In this document: positions 10,088 to 20,817 of the stretch, piece after piece
Layout of the letters: the number at the start of each line of letters is the position of its first letter
Numbering within the stretch: position 1 is the stretch's first letter
NCBI GenBank assembly: GCA_009995365.1
Contig: JAACPR010000002.1
Span: 14,428-78,427 of the forward strand
Direction: 5' to 3'
From: Candidatus Parcubacteria bacterium
GTDB taxonomy: Bacteria > Patescibacteriota > Minisyncoccia > Phycocordibacterales > JAACPR01
DNA: 64,000 nucleotides
Program-made: the position numbers and the translations under genes
The notes under the pieces: model-generated
Told to the model about the DNA's origin: nothing
Databases searched by the model: none
The model's input: the letters and a program-made list of their open reading frames with translations, nothing else

Positions 10088-11441
10088 AAAAAGTTTATCT
10101 AAAAAAATATCTATTTTCCTAACTTTAGTTTTGTTGACCACAACCCTTTATCCTACTTCTATTGGCGCACAAGAATTTGACAGACTTGGAGATCAGACTG
10201 ATTTTCTACTTGAACCTGCAACCACACCTGGATCATCACCACAAAGAACATCCACTGGTTTTGAGCCAGAATCAAACACTAATCCATCTATTATATTTAA
10301 TGACCAGGTTGCATCGATGCAAGGTCCAACCCAAGGTAATGTAGAATCTTGTTTAGCTTCAATCGTCCAAGACAGTTTGATAAATACCTTGGGCGGTTCT
10401 GTTGGAAATATATTAGGAGATCTTGGACTTGGTGAGCTGATAGGCGGTGCAACGGGTGCAATTTCAGGAACAATAGGTGGTGTTTTAAATAATACACTCG
10501 GTTCAATCGGCGGTTCTATTGGTGATACTTTTGGATCAATAGGTGGCTCTATTGGTGGGTCACTAGGGAATGCATTCGGTGACCTTGGTAGTTCACTTGG
10601 TGGATCAGTCGGTAGTATAGCAGGAGGTTTTGGTGGGGGAGGAACAGTTCCAGTTAACGAAGATGCTCTTCGAGAAATCAACGATGCCATAAGAGCATTA
10701 GAAGTAGAAATAAAAGCTGATACTGGTGCACAAGTCTCAAAGGAAGTAGGGGACGGCGCAACAAGTCTAGACTCGATTGCTTATTGTTTAGCAAACAAAG
10801 CAATCGAGGGAATTCTATATGGAACAATTGATTGGGTTAATCGAGGTTTCGATGGTAATCCTGTCTTTGTGGATAATCCAGAAAAATTCTTTGGTGATAT
10901 CGCAGATTACGAGCTGGGAGGTTTGTTAAATGAATTGTCAGGCGGCCTTCTTTGTTCAAATATTGATGCCTCAATCAGAGTTAATCTAATCAAAGATTAC
11001 AATTCTCAGAAATATGGTGGTTCATACGATACCAGAAGAAGATGTACGCTTAGTGATATAACTGCGAATGTAGAGGCATTTGCAAATGGAGATTTCAGTC
11101 AAGGTGGTTGGGATGCGTGGTTGGCATATACAACCAACCCTTATAATAATTATTATGGGGCAACAATAGCAGTTAACCAAGATTTAAATGATAGAATATC
11201 CAGAAGCCAATCCTTGGCTGCACTAGAGCTAGATTGGAATAATGGATATCAAAGCATTAGAGACAGACAGACTGGTGCGATAACTACACCAGGAAACATG
11301 ATCCAATCCCAAGTAGAAAAAAGGTTGAACGCTCCGGTGGACCGCCTAACCTTTGCTGATGAATTCGATCAACTATCAAATTCCTTAATTAACCAATTCA
11401 TTAAAATGTCAATCGGTGAAGTGTTTGATGGTATATTTTAA
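10080..11441 (+). CDS. Secreted protein with Gly-rich repeat region (T4SS-like cluster)
   Basis: Signal peptide after Met at 10080 (alternative start 10062). GGSIG-type repeats and a Cys-containing C-terminal domain. Confidence 0.75.
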   Translation: MIKKSLSKKISIFLTLVLLTTTLYPTSIGAQEFDRLGDQTDFLLEPATTPGSSPQRTSTGFEPESNTNPSIIFNDQVASMQGPTQGNVESCLASIVQDSLINTLGGSVGNILGDLGLGELIGGATGAISGTIGGVLNNTLGSIGGSIGDTFGSIGGSIGGSLGNAFGDLGSSLGGSVGSIAGGFGGGGTVPVNEDALREINDAIRALEVEIKADTGAQVSKEVGDGATSLDSIAYCLANKAIEGILYGTIDWVNRGFDGNPVFVDNPEKFFGDIADYELGGLLNELSGGLLCSNIDASIRVNLIKDYNSQKYGGSYDTRRRCTLSDITANVEAFANGDFSQGGWDAWLAYTTNPYNNYYGATIAVNQDLNDRISRSQSLAALELDWNNGYQSIRDRQTGAITTPGNMIQSQVEKRLNAPVDRLTFADEFDQLSNSLINQFIKMSIGEVFDGIF

Positions 11442-11462
11442 ATATAAATTAAATAAATAATA

Positions 11463-13637
11463 ATGTTTTTCGGGGGAAACAAAAACATAAACAAGAAATT
11501 AGGAGTTTTAATATTATCTCTGGTTTTTGTTTTTGGATTTTTAAGTGATTTTAATCATGTATTTTCAATGAGTGGGAGCGTTGGGAGTTATGGTGTTGGC
11601 ACACCAATCCCCACAGGAGAAGAGGTGAGAGAGAATGAAATTAATAAATTAGATACCCAAATACAACAAGCCAAAGGTGTTTTAAATAACCAAATTTCTA
11701 TCTTTCAGAGATGTTGGCCTAACCCAGGAGAAACTAGGGAAAAAACAGAAGATTGCCCAACAGACAGAACTTTTGATGAGATGACATCATTAATATGGGA
11801 ACAAAGACAAAAAATAAATAGTCTAGGAGCAGAATTAGATGACCAAACAAAAGGCTGGTTTGGAGAAAGAGGTTTTTTTAATGAGGTATACGGTGATCCC
11901 ATAAAAGATGTAGTTGATTCATTGAGTCCTGCTGAAATAATCAAAAATGCTTTATTCTCATTTTGGACTGGTCTTTCAAATATGATCATCGAGGGTGTAG
12001 GGTTGCTACTTAGATTGGCAGGATTAATGCTAAATACTGTGGTAAGCGTCACTATTATAGGAATGTCTGACTTTATCAAGGGAAATAATAGTGAAGCAAT
12101 CAAAATATCTTGGTCTATTTTCAGAGACATAATCAACATTTTGTTTATATTCGGTCTTCTATATGTTTCAATTTCAACAATAGTAAAAGGAATAGATTCG
12201 AAAACAAAAAATTTACTTGTGTCCATTATAGCTTCGGCACTATTAATTAATTTTAGCTTCTTTTTTACTTCAGTTGCTATAGATGCATCCAACTTTTTAA
12301 CTATAGAAATTAAAAATAACTTAGGTACATGTGCCTCAAACGAAGGAACAAGCAAACTTGGACAAGCAATAATTGGTATCGATGATGGTATAAGTAACTG
12401 TATTATCAATAATTTAAAACTACAGACGGCTCTCGATCCAACTGTAGAGGGCGGGATAGCAAATGCTATTAACCCAAAAGATAACTTTTTTGGTGAGTGG
12501 GGTTCACTTCTTGTTGGTACACTATTTGGTTCTATTTTTATACTTATAACAGCTTTTGTATTTTTTACATTAGCGATAATGCTTGTAATCAGATTTATAA
12601 TGCTTATTTTACTATTAATCACATCACCAGTGATGTTTTTAGGTTGGGTTCTGCCAAATTTATCTAGCATATCAAAAGGTTGGTTTAAATCTCTTAATGA
12701 ACAGTTGTTATTTCCTCCTCTTGTATTTTTATTTATTTTTATAACTATATCAATTACAGATTCTATAAATCTGGTTGGTAGTGGAACATTTGGGGTAATA
12801 ATAAACTACTTACTAATAATCGGATTCATGCTCGCTTCGATAGTAATCGCAAAAAAAACAGGTGCGACGGGTGCCGACTGGGCAACAGCGAAAGCCGGCA
12901 ATCTAACATTTGGTGCATCAGCTAAACTAGGTAGAACTACTGTAGGCAGATGGGCATCGAGGGGGGCAGAAAATATCAAAGGCAACGGACTTGCTGCCAG
13001 AGCAACAAGAAGTGCACTTAAAAATGTTGGTAACAGCACATTTGACGCTCGTAAAACCAAAGCATTTTCAGGTGTTGGAACAGCGACTGGTGTGAATTTT
13101 GGCGAAGGAAAGAGTGACGGATTTACTAAACTTCGAGAAAAAGAGGTTAAAGATAGAGAAGCAGTTTATAAAGAATCTAAGAAACCAACATATAAAGAAT
13201 CTAAAGAAATTGGTGACTTGAGAGCAAAATTAGAAACAAATGAACCAACAAAGAATGCAATAAAATCAATTGGTGACGCAGAAAAGAACATAGAAAAAGT
13301 AGAAGAACAAATGAAAGGTCTAGATAAGAAAAGTCCGGAATACACTAACGCACAAAGAGTATTACTAAATCAACACCAAACAATTTCAAGGAACAAGAAA
13401 ATTATAAACGACAGTGAAGAAATGAAAAGAATTAAAGAAATAGAAAAAGATGGTAAAGAAAGACAAAAGAAAGAATTAGAAAGATTAACCAGCGGATGGC
13501 TTGGAAAAATTCAAGGAGCCGAAAGAGAGGCTGCTAGAAAAATTAGAGAGGGTAAGGAAAAAGAAAAAGGAGAAAAAGATACTGACAAAATCATAAAGGG
13601 ATTAAAAGATAAAATTGATGATAAAGACAGTAAATAA
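11463..13637 (+). CDS. Polytopic membrane protein, VirB6/TrbL-like
   Basis: Multiple TM helices (WSIFRDIINILFI, ALLINFS, RFIMLILLLITSP), charged coiled-coil tail, adjacent to PrgI/VirB4. Confidence 0.7.
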   Translation: MFFGGNKNINKKLGVLILSLVFVFGFLSDFNHVFSMSGSVGSYGVGTPIPTGEEVRENEINKLDTQIQQAKGVLNNQISIFQRCWPNPGETREKTEDCPTDRTFDEMTSLIWEQRQKINSLGAELDDQTKGWFGERGFFNEVYGDPIKDVVDSLSPAEIIKNALFSFWTGLSNMIIEGVGLLLRLAGLMLNTVVSVTIIGMSDFIKGNNSEAIKISWSIFRDIINILFIFGLLYVSISTIVKGIDSKTKNLLVSIIASALLINFSFFFTSVAIDASNFLTIEIKNNLGTCASNEGTSKLGQAIIGIDDGISNCIINNLKLQTALDPTVEGGIANAINPKDNFFGEWGSLLVGTLFGSIFILITAFVFFTLAIMLVIRFIMLILLLITSPVMFLGWVLPNLSSISKGWFKSLNEQLLFPPLVFLFIFITISITDSINLVGSGTFGVIINYLLIIGFMLASIVIAKKTGATGADWATAKAGNLTFGASAKLGRTTVGRWASRGAENIKGNGLAARATRSALKNVGNSTFDARKTKAFSGVGTATGVNFGEGKSDGFTKLREKEVKDREAVYKESKKPTYKESKEIGDLRAKLETNEPTKNAIKSIGDAEKNIEKVEEQMKGLDKKSPEYTNAQRVLLNQHQTISRNKKIINDSEEMKRIKEIEKDGKERQKKELERLTSGWLGKIQGAEREAARKIREGKEKEKGEKDTDKIIKGLKDKIDDKDSK

Positions 13638-13639
13638 TT

Positions 13640-14662
13640 ATGGAAAACAAATCAACACAACAATTAATAGAAGAAAGATTCGATCAGCTTCCAAAAGTAA
13701 TCCAAAAAGCGATTACAGAATCTGATTGGATAGATGAACTTCGTAAAATAATTGAGGAAAATGATCTATTAATCGATCAAGGACTTGCTATTGAAACAGA
13801 AACTTTTTTGATGATGCTTGGTTTAGAAAATCCATCTAACTACACAAAACAGATAAAAAAAGAAGCCAATCTATCAAAAGAACAAGCAATTACTGTTGCA
13901 ACAGAAGTAGAAAAAAGAATTTTGAGCAAGGTTAAAAAAATGATTATCGAAGAAACAGAAAAAGAATCCGGCAATGAAGGAAATCCATTAAAAGACATAC
14001 TAGGAACAGACCCAGAAATAGAAGAGGCTTTACCTAAAATCGACACTAACCTAGACGATGAACCAGACGATGAAAGACAAAACCTAGTCAGAGAACTAGA
14101 GGGAGATATTGAAATTGAGGATGAAAATGAATATGAAAGTGACGAAGGTGAAAATACTCTAGAAGAAATAAACGAACAAGAAAAAGAATGGATTGAAGAA
14201 TCAAAATCAGAAATTCCAAGTGATTTACCAACAGGAGAATCTACATCAAATAAAATTCCCTTACCGGAAAATGAACAAAAGAACCCAAGAATAATTGAAA
14301 CACTCACTCCTAATAACCATAACGGTCTACCAATGCTTGAATCAATCAGAACATTAGAAACTGATTCTGAAAATAGAGGAGGTATTGTTAACCAAAAATT
14401 AAAAAATCCTTCTATTACAAGATCTAAACAAGTGGATAACCAAAAAAAGCCTGAAAACTCAACCCCAAAGGAAGATGTTTATCGTGAAGAACCTGTAGCC
14501 GAAATAAAATTTGAAAGCCAACCAACTGAACAAAATTCAGAATCAGAAGAGGAAGAGAGAAAAGAAATCGAAATAGATAATCAGCATTTAGAAGAAATGC
14601 CACCAAAACCCACAGAAAAACCAGAAACTTCTCATGACCCATACCGTGAACCGCTAGAGTAA
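13640..14662 (+). CDS. Acidic hypothetical protein with long disordered tail
   Basis: Helical N-terminal domain, E/D/P-rich remainder, ends in DPYREPLE. Confidence 0.75.
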   Translation: MENKSTQQLIEERFDQLPKVIQKAITESDWIDELRKIIEENDLLIDQGLAIETETFLMMLGLENPSNYTKQIKKEANLSKEQAITVATEVEKRILSKVKKMIIEETEKESGNEGNPLKDILGTDPEIEEALPKIDTNLDDEPDDERQNLVRELEGDIEIEDENEYESDEGENTLEEINEQEKEWIEESKSEIPSDLPTGESTSNKIPLPENEQKNPRIIETLTPNNHNGLPMLESIRTLETDSENRGGIVNQKLKNPSITRSKQVDNQKKPENSTPKEDVYREEPVAEIKFESQPTEQNSESEEEERKEIEIDNQHLEEMPPKPTEKPETSHDPYREPLE

Positions 14663-14696
14663 TTAAAAACCTAATAAAAATTGTTATAATAATTTT

Positions 14697-15107
14697 ATGA
14701 GATACCAAGTTCCACAATTCATTGAGGTAGAAGACAAAATCTTTGGGCCTCTTACTCTAAAGCAGTTTCTCTATACTGCTGGTGGGGCGGCTTCGGGTTT
14801 TATTATTTGGTCTATTTTTCCTACTTTTATTGCCGTAATTATTGGGGCACCTGTAGTTATTTTTTTCCTGGCGTTGGCTTTCTACAAATACAACAACAGG
14901 CCTTTTGTAATAACTGTTGAGAATTCAATAAAATATTTTTTGGGGAACAAGCTTTATATCTGGAAAAAGCAACCCAAAGAAATCGACCCAAAAAAACCAG
15001 AAGAAAAGCAAGAGGAGGACCCAGGATTATACGTTCCTAAATTATCTGATAGTAAATTAAAAGAGCTTTCTTGGAGTTTAGATATTGATGAGAAATTAAA
15101 CGATTAA
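14697..15107 (+). CDS. PrgI family membrane protein (VirB3-like)
   Basis: YQVPQFIEVEDKIFGPLTLKQF signature, two TM helices, upstream of VirB4. Confidence 0.85.
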   Translation: MRYQVPQFIEVEDKIFGPLTLKQFLYTAGGAASGFIIWSIFPTFIAVIIGAPVVIFFLALAFYKYNNRPFVITVENSIKYFLGNKLYIWKKQPKEIDPKKPEEKQEEDPGLYVPKLSDSKLKELSWSLDIDEKLND

Positions 15108-15125
15108 TCTGTTATAATATTTTCA

Positions 15126-15746
15126 ATGGCAACACAATCAAGTCAAGAATTTGTTCCTATAAAAGAAGTCCGCGATGGAGTAATTATCCTGAAAGATGGT
15201 TCAATGCGAGCAATCTTGATGACTTCTTCTATTAACTTCGCTCTTAAATCAACAGACGAGCAACAATCTATTATTTTTCAATTTCAAAACTTTATGAATA
15301 CGCTGGATTTTTCAATTCAGATTAGCATCCAATCTCGTCGCCTAGATATCAGACCATATATTGCACTTCTAGAAAATCGTCAACGCGAACAAACTAATGA
15401 CTTGATGAAAATACAAACCAAAGAATATATTGAATTCGTAAGAACTTTCACTTCAAACACAAACATTATGACTAAGAGTTTTTTCATCGTAATCCCTTAT
15501 ACTCCTGCAAAAATGAGTATCGGCAAAAAGGGCTTATTTAAAAAAGAAAAAGATAGGTCTAGAAAAGAAAGCACTGAAAATTTTGAAGAGAACAGGATAC
15601 AATTAGAACAAAGGGTTTCTATTGTAGAGCAAGGAATTACCAGAACCGGAGTCCGAGCAGTTAGATTGGGAACAGAGGAGGTGATTGAAATATTTTATAA
15701 GCTGTTTAACCCTGGTGATGTTGAAAAACCAATACCACTTGAATAA
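15126..15746 (+). CDS. VirB4/TraC N-terminal-like conjugation protein
   Basis: IKEVRDGVIILKDG...SSINFALKS..EQ...FQNFMNTLDF pattern, located between PrgI and the VirB4 ATPase. Confidence 0.7.
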   Translation: MATQSSQEFVPIKEVRDGVIILKDGSMRAILMTSSINFALKSTDEQQSIIFQFQNFMNTLDFSIQISIQSRRLDIRPYIALLENRQREQTNDLMKIQTKEYIEFVRTFTSNTNIMTKSFFIVIPYTPAKMSIGKKGLFKKEKDRSRKESTENFEENRIQLEQRVSIVEQGITRTGVRAVRLGTEEVIEIFYKLFNPGDVEKPIPLE

Positions 15747-15751
15747 ATATT

Positions 15752-17623
15752 ATGGGAATTTTTGATTTTTTAAAAAAAGAAGATAAAAAAGGTCCAGATT
15801 TAACATCTTTTATGCCACAGCAGATTTATGAATCTGGTGTCTTGGAATTAAAAGATGTCATTGCACCTTCTGCCTTACAAGTTTCTCCTCGTGAAGTAAA
15901 CCTAGGGGATAAAGTGGCTCGTAGTTTTTTTGTAATATCATACCCAAGATATCTTTCAGACAACTGGTTCTCTCCAATAATTAACCTAGATCGTGTTTTT
16001 GATGTTTCAATTTTTGTTCACCCTATTCAAACCGAAAAAATAATGCGTCAGTTCCAAAAAAAAGTTGCAGAAATTCAAAGTCAGATTTCAACAAGAGAAG
16101 AGAAGGGTTTGGTTCGCGATCCAAAACTTGATACTGCATACAATGATCTAGAAACTCTCCGTGATCAATTACAACAAGCACAAGAGAAAATTTTTGATGT
16201 TGGACTTTATATAACAATTTATGCTGAAAGTAACGAGGAATTGGACAAATTTGAATCAGAAATGAAGTCTATTCTAGAATCAAAACTTGTTTATGTTAAG
16301 CCGGCTATTTTCCAACAAGAAGCAGGATTCAAATCAGTTATTCCAATTGCGACAGATCTTTTAAGTGTTCACTCAAAACTAAACTCTTCTCCATTGTCGA
16401 GCCTTTTCCCATTTATCTCTTTTGAGCTTACATCAGACAAGGGAATTCTTTATGGAATTAACAGACACAACTCTGGATTAATTTTGTTTGATCGATTCTC
16501 ACTTGGTAACTACAATTCTGTAACATTTGCCAAGTCCGGTTCCGGAAAATCATACATGACCAAGCTAGAAATTTTGCGTTCCTTAATGTTTGATACCGAA
16601 GTCATCGTAATTGACCCCGAAAAAGAATATGAATATATGGCAGAAGCAACAGGTGGTAGATTTTTCGACATCTCTCTAACATCAGAACACCACATTAACC
16701 CTTTCGATTTACCAGCACCAGGAGAAGACGAGGAACCTTCTGATATTTTACGTTCTAATATTGTTAACTTGGTGGGGCTTTTTAGGATTATGCTTGGTGG
16801 TTTATCTGCAGAAGAAGATGCTATTATCGATCGTGCTATTAGTGAAACCTATGCTTTAAAAGATATAACTCCTGAATCTGATTTTTCACAAATTGAAGCA
16901 CCGTTGTTATCAGATTTTGAATTAGTTTTAGGAGGTATGGAAGGTGCAGAAAACCTTATTCAAAAACTTTCAAAATTTACCCAAGGAACATGGGCTGGTT
17001 TCATAAACAAACCAACAAATGTTGATATTAATAAAAAATTCGTTGTATTTTCTCTTCGTGATATGGAAGATGAATTGAAGCCGGTTGCAATGTATCTGAT
17101 TACACACTTTATTTGGACCGCAATTAGAAAAGAATTAAAGAAAAGACTTCTTGTAATTGATGAGGCGTGGTGGATGATGAAATCTGAAGACACTGCATCG
17201 TTCTTGTTTGGTCTAGCTAAAAGAGGGCGTAAGTACTTTTTAGGTGTTTCAACCATTACACAAGACGTTGAAGACTTTCTAAGTTCACCTTATGGGCCAC
17301 CAATTATTTCAAACTCTTCAATTCAGATGTTGATGAAGCAATCTCCTTCATCTATAGATGTTGTCCAAAAGACCTTTAACTTAACAGACGAAGAAAAGTT
17401 TCTATTACTAGAATCAAATGTTGGGGAAGGGATATTCTTTGCAGGTCAAAAACACGTCGCCATCAAGGTTATTGCCTCATACACAGAAGACCAAATTATT
17501 ACATCCGACCCATCACAACTACTTTCAATTAAAAAATCTAAAGAGGAACTAAAAGCTAGCGCTCCAAATCAATTCAATCAATCAAAAATTTCTCAAGCTC
17601 AAAAAAGTTTAGATAAATTTTAA
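15752..17623 (+). CDS. virB4: VirB4-like T4SS ATPase
   Basis: Walker A AKSGSGKS, IDPEKEY, INPFD, Walker B LLVIDEAW, KRGRKY..GVSTITQ. Confidence 0.88.
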   Translation: MGIFDFLKKEDKKGPDLTSFMPQQIYESGVLELKDVIAPSALQVSPREVNLGDKVARSFFVISYPRYLSDNWFSPIINLDRVFDVSIFVHPIQTEKIMRQFQKKVAEIQSQISTREEKGLVRDPKLDTAYNDLETLRDQLQQAQEKIFDVGLYITIYAESNEELDKFESEMKSILESKLVYVKPAIFQQEAGFKSVIPIATDLLSVHSKLNSSPLSSLFPFISFELTSDKGILYGINRHNSGLILFDRFSLGNYNSVTFAKSGSGKSYMTKLEILRSLMFDTEVIVIDPEKEYEYMAEATGGRFFDISLTSEHHINPFDLPAPGEDEEPSDILRSNIVNLVGLFRIMLGGLSAEEDAIIDRAISETYALKDITPESDFSQIEAPLLSDFELVLGGMEGAENLIQKLSKFTQGTWAGFINKPTNVDINKKFVVFSLRDMEDELKPVAMYLITHFIWTAIRKELKKRLLVIDEAWWMMKSEDTASFLFGLAKRGRKYFLGVSTITQDVEDFLSSPYGPPIISNSSIQMLMKQSPSSIDVVQKTFNLTDEEKFLLLESNVGEGIFFAGQKHVAIKVIASYTEDQIITSDPSQLLSIKKSKEELKASAPNQFNQSKISQAQKSLDKF

Positions 17624-17660
17624 TAAATCTTTAAAATTTAATTTCTAAATTTTTTAAATT

Positions 17661-18068
17661 ATGAAAGAAAATAAAGAACCAAATAAATTTGCAAGAATCA
17701 GCAAAATCGGCGCAGGTTTTATGGTAACTGTTGCTATTTTTTACGATTTATTAGAATTAGGTGTCGATTGGATTCCGGGAGTAGGACAAGCAATAGCACT
17801 CTTTATAGATATTTTTGCAATGATGCATTTTGCATTATGGTTTAAACTTAAAGGTATAAAACTTGGTAGTCCTAAAAAAATTGCTAGATTTTGGTTACCA
17901 ATGCTAACAGAATTACTACCTATACCATTACTAGACATTGGATTAACAACATTAGGTGTAATTCTTACAATTGGAATAACTTGGACGGAAGACAAGACGG
18001 GAGTAAATTTGAACAAGTCTAAGAATCCTTCTAAAAATATAAGACCTAGATTACCAAAAAACAGATAG
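17661..18068 (+). CDS. Small membrane protein
   Basis: Hydrophobic segments with IPGVG and ELLPIP motifs. Lies within the T4SS-like cluster. Confidence 0.7.
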   Translation: MKENKEPNKFARISKIGAGFMVTVAIFYDLLELGVDWIPGVGQAIALFIDIFAMMHFALWFKLKGIKLGSPKKIARFWLPMLTELLPIPLLDIGLTTLGVILTIGITWTEDKTGVNLNKSKNPSKNIRPRLPKNR

Positions 18069-18117
18069 TGAATAAATAAATAATAAAATTCTCTAATATT
18101 CTGTTATAATTATACTA

Positions 18118-19110
18118 ATGAAAAAATATTTTTTATTGACACTTTTATTATTAATGACACCATATTTTGCCTTTTCTCAAACGAGAGTGGAGGAGCAAGT
18201 CTCTATTGAATTATCACCTCAACACCCAGGACCGAATGAGTTAGTTATTGTATCGATTGAAAGCTTTCAAATTGATTTAAATAAATCTGAAATTAATTGG
18301 TTGGTTAATGGAACCCTCCAAGAATCAGGATTTGGGCTTAAAACTTTTAGTTTTACAACAGGAAGTTTGGGAGAAGAAACCAATTTATCAGTAAGAATAG
18401 TAAAACAAAATGGTGAAATAACCACAAAAAATATCTCTGTAAACCCAGGAGGAGTAGACTTGTATTATGAACCTCAAACTTATACCCCTCCATTCTATAA
18501 AGGTAAGCCTGAATTTACTTTCCAATCTGATTTAAAAATAATTGCTCTACCAAATTTTGTGGATCAAAATGGTAATAAAATTCCTTCAGGAAATATTGTA
18601 TATAATTGGAAGATAGATGGTAGTGCAGACCAAATAAATTCCGGAGTCGGAAGAGATGTTTATAATTACCAATCGGGGATTTTGTCTGGCCCAGTCCAAG
18701 TAGTGTTAGAAGCTTCACCAATAAACTCTAACCAGTCTGCTAGAGTGGTAGAGACTGTTAGACCCACTGAACCCACAATACTGATTTATGAAAAAAACCC
18801 TATCTACGGAACAATTTTTGAACAAAACATTAAAAATGATTTTATAGTAAATAGGGAAGAAATTGAACTTGTGGCAATTCCTTATAATTTTAGCCAAGAT
18901 ATAATAAGAAATGGTACTTTTAAATGGTTATTAAACGGGGAGAGAGTAAATAATTTTATTTCAAATAATATTATTTTTAGAAAGACTGACGATAGAGAAA
19001 GTAGTAATAACATAACAATTGAAATAGAGCATAAAAATAAAGTATTACAAATCAAAAGATACTCATTTCCACTAAATTTCGGTGGTGGAAACAATGAATT
19101 TAATTTTTAA
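18118..19110 (+). CDS. Secreted Ig-like repeat protein
   Basis: Signal peptide and three W-x-x-N/D-G beta-sandwich-like repeats. Confidence 0.7.
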   Translation: MKKYFLLTLLLLMTPYFAFSQTRVEEQVSIELSPQHPGPNELVIVSIESFQIDLNKSEINWLVNGTLQESGFGLKTFSFTTGSLGEETNLSVRIVKQNGEITTKNISVNPGGVDLYYEPQTYTPPFYKGKPEFTFQSDLKIIALPNFVDQNGNKIPSGNIVYNWKIDGSADQINSGVGRDVYNYQSGILSGPVQVVLEASPINSNQSARVVETVRPTEPTILIYEKNPIYGTIFEQNIKNDFIVNREEIELVAIPYNFSQDIIRNGTFKWLLNGERVNNFISNNIIFRKTDDRESSNNITIEIEHKNKVLQIKRYSFPLNFGGGNNEFNF

Positions 19111-19113
19111 AAT

Positions 19114-20796
19114 ATGAAAAAAAGAAATTTTAAAATAGTTATATCATTCTTTATAGTAGGAATAGTAATTCTGACAATAGGGTTATTTGCAAACCAAAGC
19201 TCTGACATTGTCTCTCTTGGGGATGGTCAATTAGCAAACACTTTTAGTTCACTTCAACAACCTCAATTAGGTGATTTAGCTAACGAGGAAGAAGCTAAAG
19301 GATATCAACCAATCTCTGGTATTGATTTTAATGCTGGAAAGACTGGTGCGGGTGCAGATAGCAACTTTATTGCGTTACTTAGAACAATATTTAATTGGGG
19401 GATTGCAATTGCGGTAATATTGGCAACTCTTGCGGTTATTGTTGGAGCAGTACAGTATATGACCACTGATGCTATTTACGACAAAAAAGAAGGTCGCCAA
19501 AGAATGACTTCTGCAATTGGAGGATTAATTTTAGCCCTAATGTCATGGCTTATCCTATTTACAATTAATGAAAATATATTTGCTAGCAATTTCTTACTCA
19601 AACTTCAAAATTTAAAAGAAGAAAACACTAAAAACCAATCGAGTGGTGGTGTAGTAGCTGGTGGCTCCAACTTAGCACCCGAACAACAGGTTGAATTAAA
19701 CAAAAAAGAAGCAGAGGATTTATTAAGCACAGCTGAAATGTATAAAAAAGAATCAGATCGTTGGCAACGAATACAAAGAGAGTGTTTTGATGCTGATGAA
19801 AAATTTATTGAAAATTCAACTAACCCAGACTGTAATTTAATTGCTAAAATTAATGGATTTTCTGGTGCCAACCAATCAGCAATACAAGCAAAAGAAGCAG
19901 AAATTGAGGCAAGAGAAAAGGCGGTTGAGTTACTTAAAAAGAACGCAGAAATAATGGGCGACAATAATAGTCAATCATTAGAAGATATAGAAAGTAACAA
20001 AAATAGACTAGATGAAATAAATAATACTGGCAATTCCTCAAGTGGATCATTTGAAAATCAAAACACTCAAAATAACGAGACTAGTTTTAACCCAGAATCA
20101 GAATTTAATTATGATTTTTTATATGACCAACAAAATAACACTGGTGTAGATGATGGTAGATTAACACTTCAAGAAATTATAGATTTGAATAAAAACCTAA
20201 AAGATCAACAGGAAAGCAATCAAAACTCAAACAACAAACAGGTGGAATATGAGTTAACAGAACAACAAAAAAACAACCTGGCTTTTCAAGAACAATCGAT
20301 GAAAAATATTATTATTAAAAATGAATCTATTGATTTAACAAAAGTATCTAATGAATTAAAGGATGTTTTAGAAATTTTTAGAGACTCTTGTTGTGGTCGA
20401 AAAGTAGTAATTGCAGGAACAGAGACCTACACCCACTCTTTTAATGTTTCAGATGTCTACCCCGAAGAAAATAGTTTTTTAATTGAAAGAAGTGTTACAA
20501 ACGAATTGGGTGCCGACCTCTGGACTTCTTTAAATTTTTTCGTATCAAGAAACACCTACCCAGATCAAAATATGGTTGAAATAACAGAGTATATAAAATG
20601 TAGAGATTCAAATAATAAATCTTATTGCAGAATACCTGAAAATTTTAGGGAGATAGCAGGTGAATACACTAGCACCAATAACAAAGGTGTTTTAGCTATA
20701 GATTTATTAAGAAATAAAAGGTATATAAGTGAATTTAATGGTTACGACGCAACAGTTGTCTACAATAATAACAGTTGGGAAATTAAAATTGATTAA
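19114..20796 (+). CDS. Protein with internal VirB2/TrbC-like pilin domain and long C-terminal extension
   Basis: IFNWGIAIAVILA...VGAVQYMT...EGRQRMTSAIGGLILALMSWLILFTIN is the CPR T4SS-pilin pattern. Confidence 0.7.
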   Translation: MKKRNFKIVISFFIVGIVILTIGLFANQSSDIVSLGDGQLANTFSSLQQPQLGDLANEEEAKGYQPISGIDFNAGKTGAGADSNFIALLRTIFNWGIAIAVILATLAVIVGAVQYMTTDAIYDKKEGRQRMTSAIGGLILALMSWLILFTINENIFASNFLLKLQNLKEENTKNQSSGGVVAGGSNLAPEQQVELNKKEAEDLLSTAEMYKKESDRWQRIQRECFDADEKFIENSTNPDCNLIAKINGFSGANQSAIQAKEAEIEAREKAVELLKKNAEIMGDNNSQSLEDIESNKNRLDEINNTGNSSSGSFENQNTQNNETSFNPESEFNYDFLYDQQNNTGVDDGRLTLQEIIDLNKNLKDQQESNQNSNNKQVEYELTEQQKNNLAFQEQSMKNIIIKNESIDLTKVSNELKDVLEIFRDSCCGRKVVIAGTETYTHSFNVSDVYPEENSFLIERSVTNELGADLWTSLNFFVSRNTYPDQNMVEITEYIKCRDSNNKSYCRIPENFREIAGEYTSTNNKGVLAIDLLRNKRYISEFNGYDATVVYNNNSWEIKID

Positions 20797-20817
20797 TTTT
20801 TGTTATAATTATTTTAA

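Noticed and set aside
11705-12670. 321-aa antisense ORF (also 10193-10690, 13840-14307, 52730-53314)
   Set aside because: These lie in-register opposite well-supported genes and have no independent motifs, so they are typical shadow ORFs.
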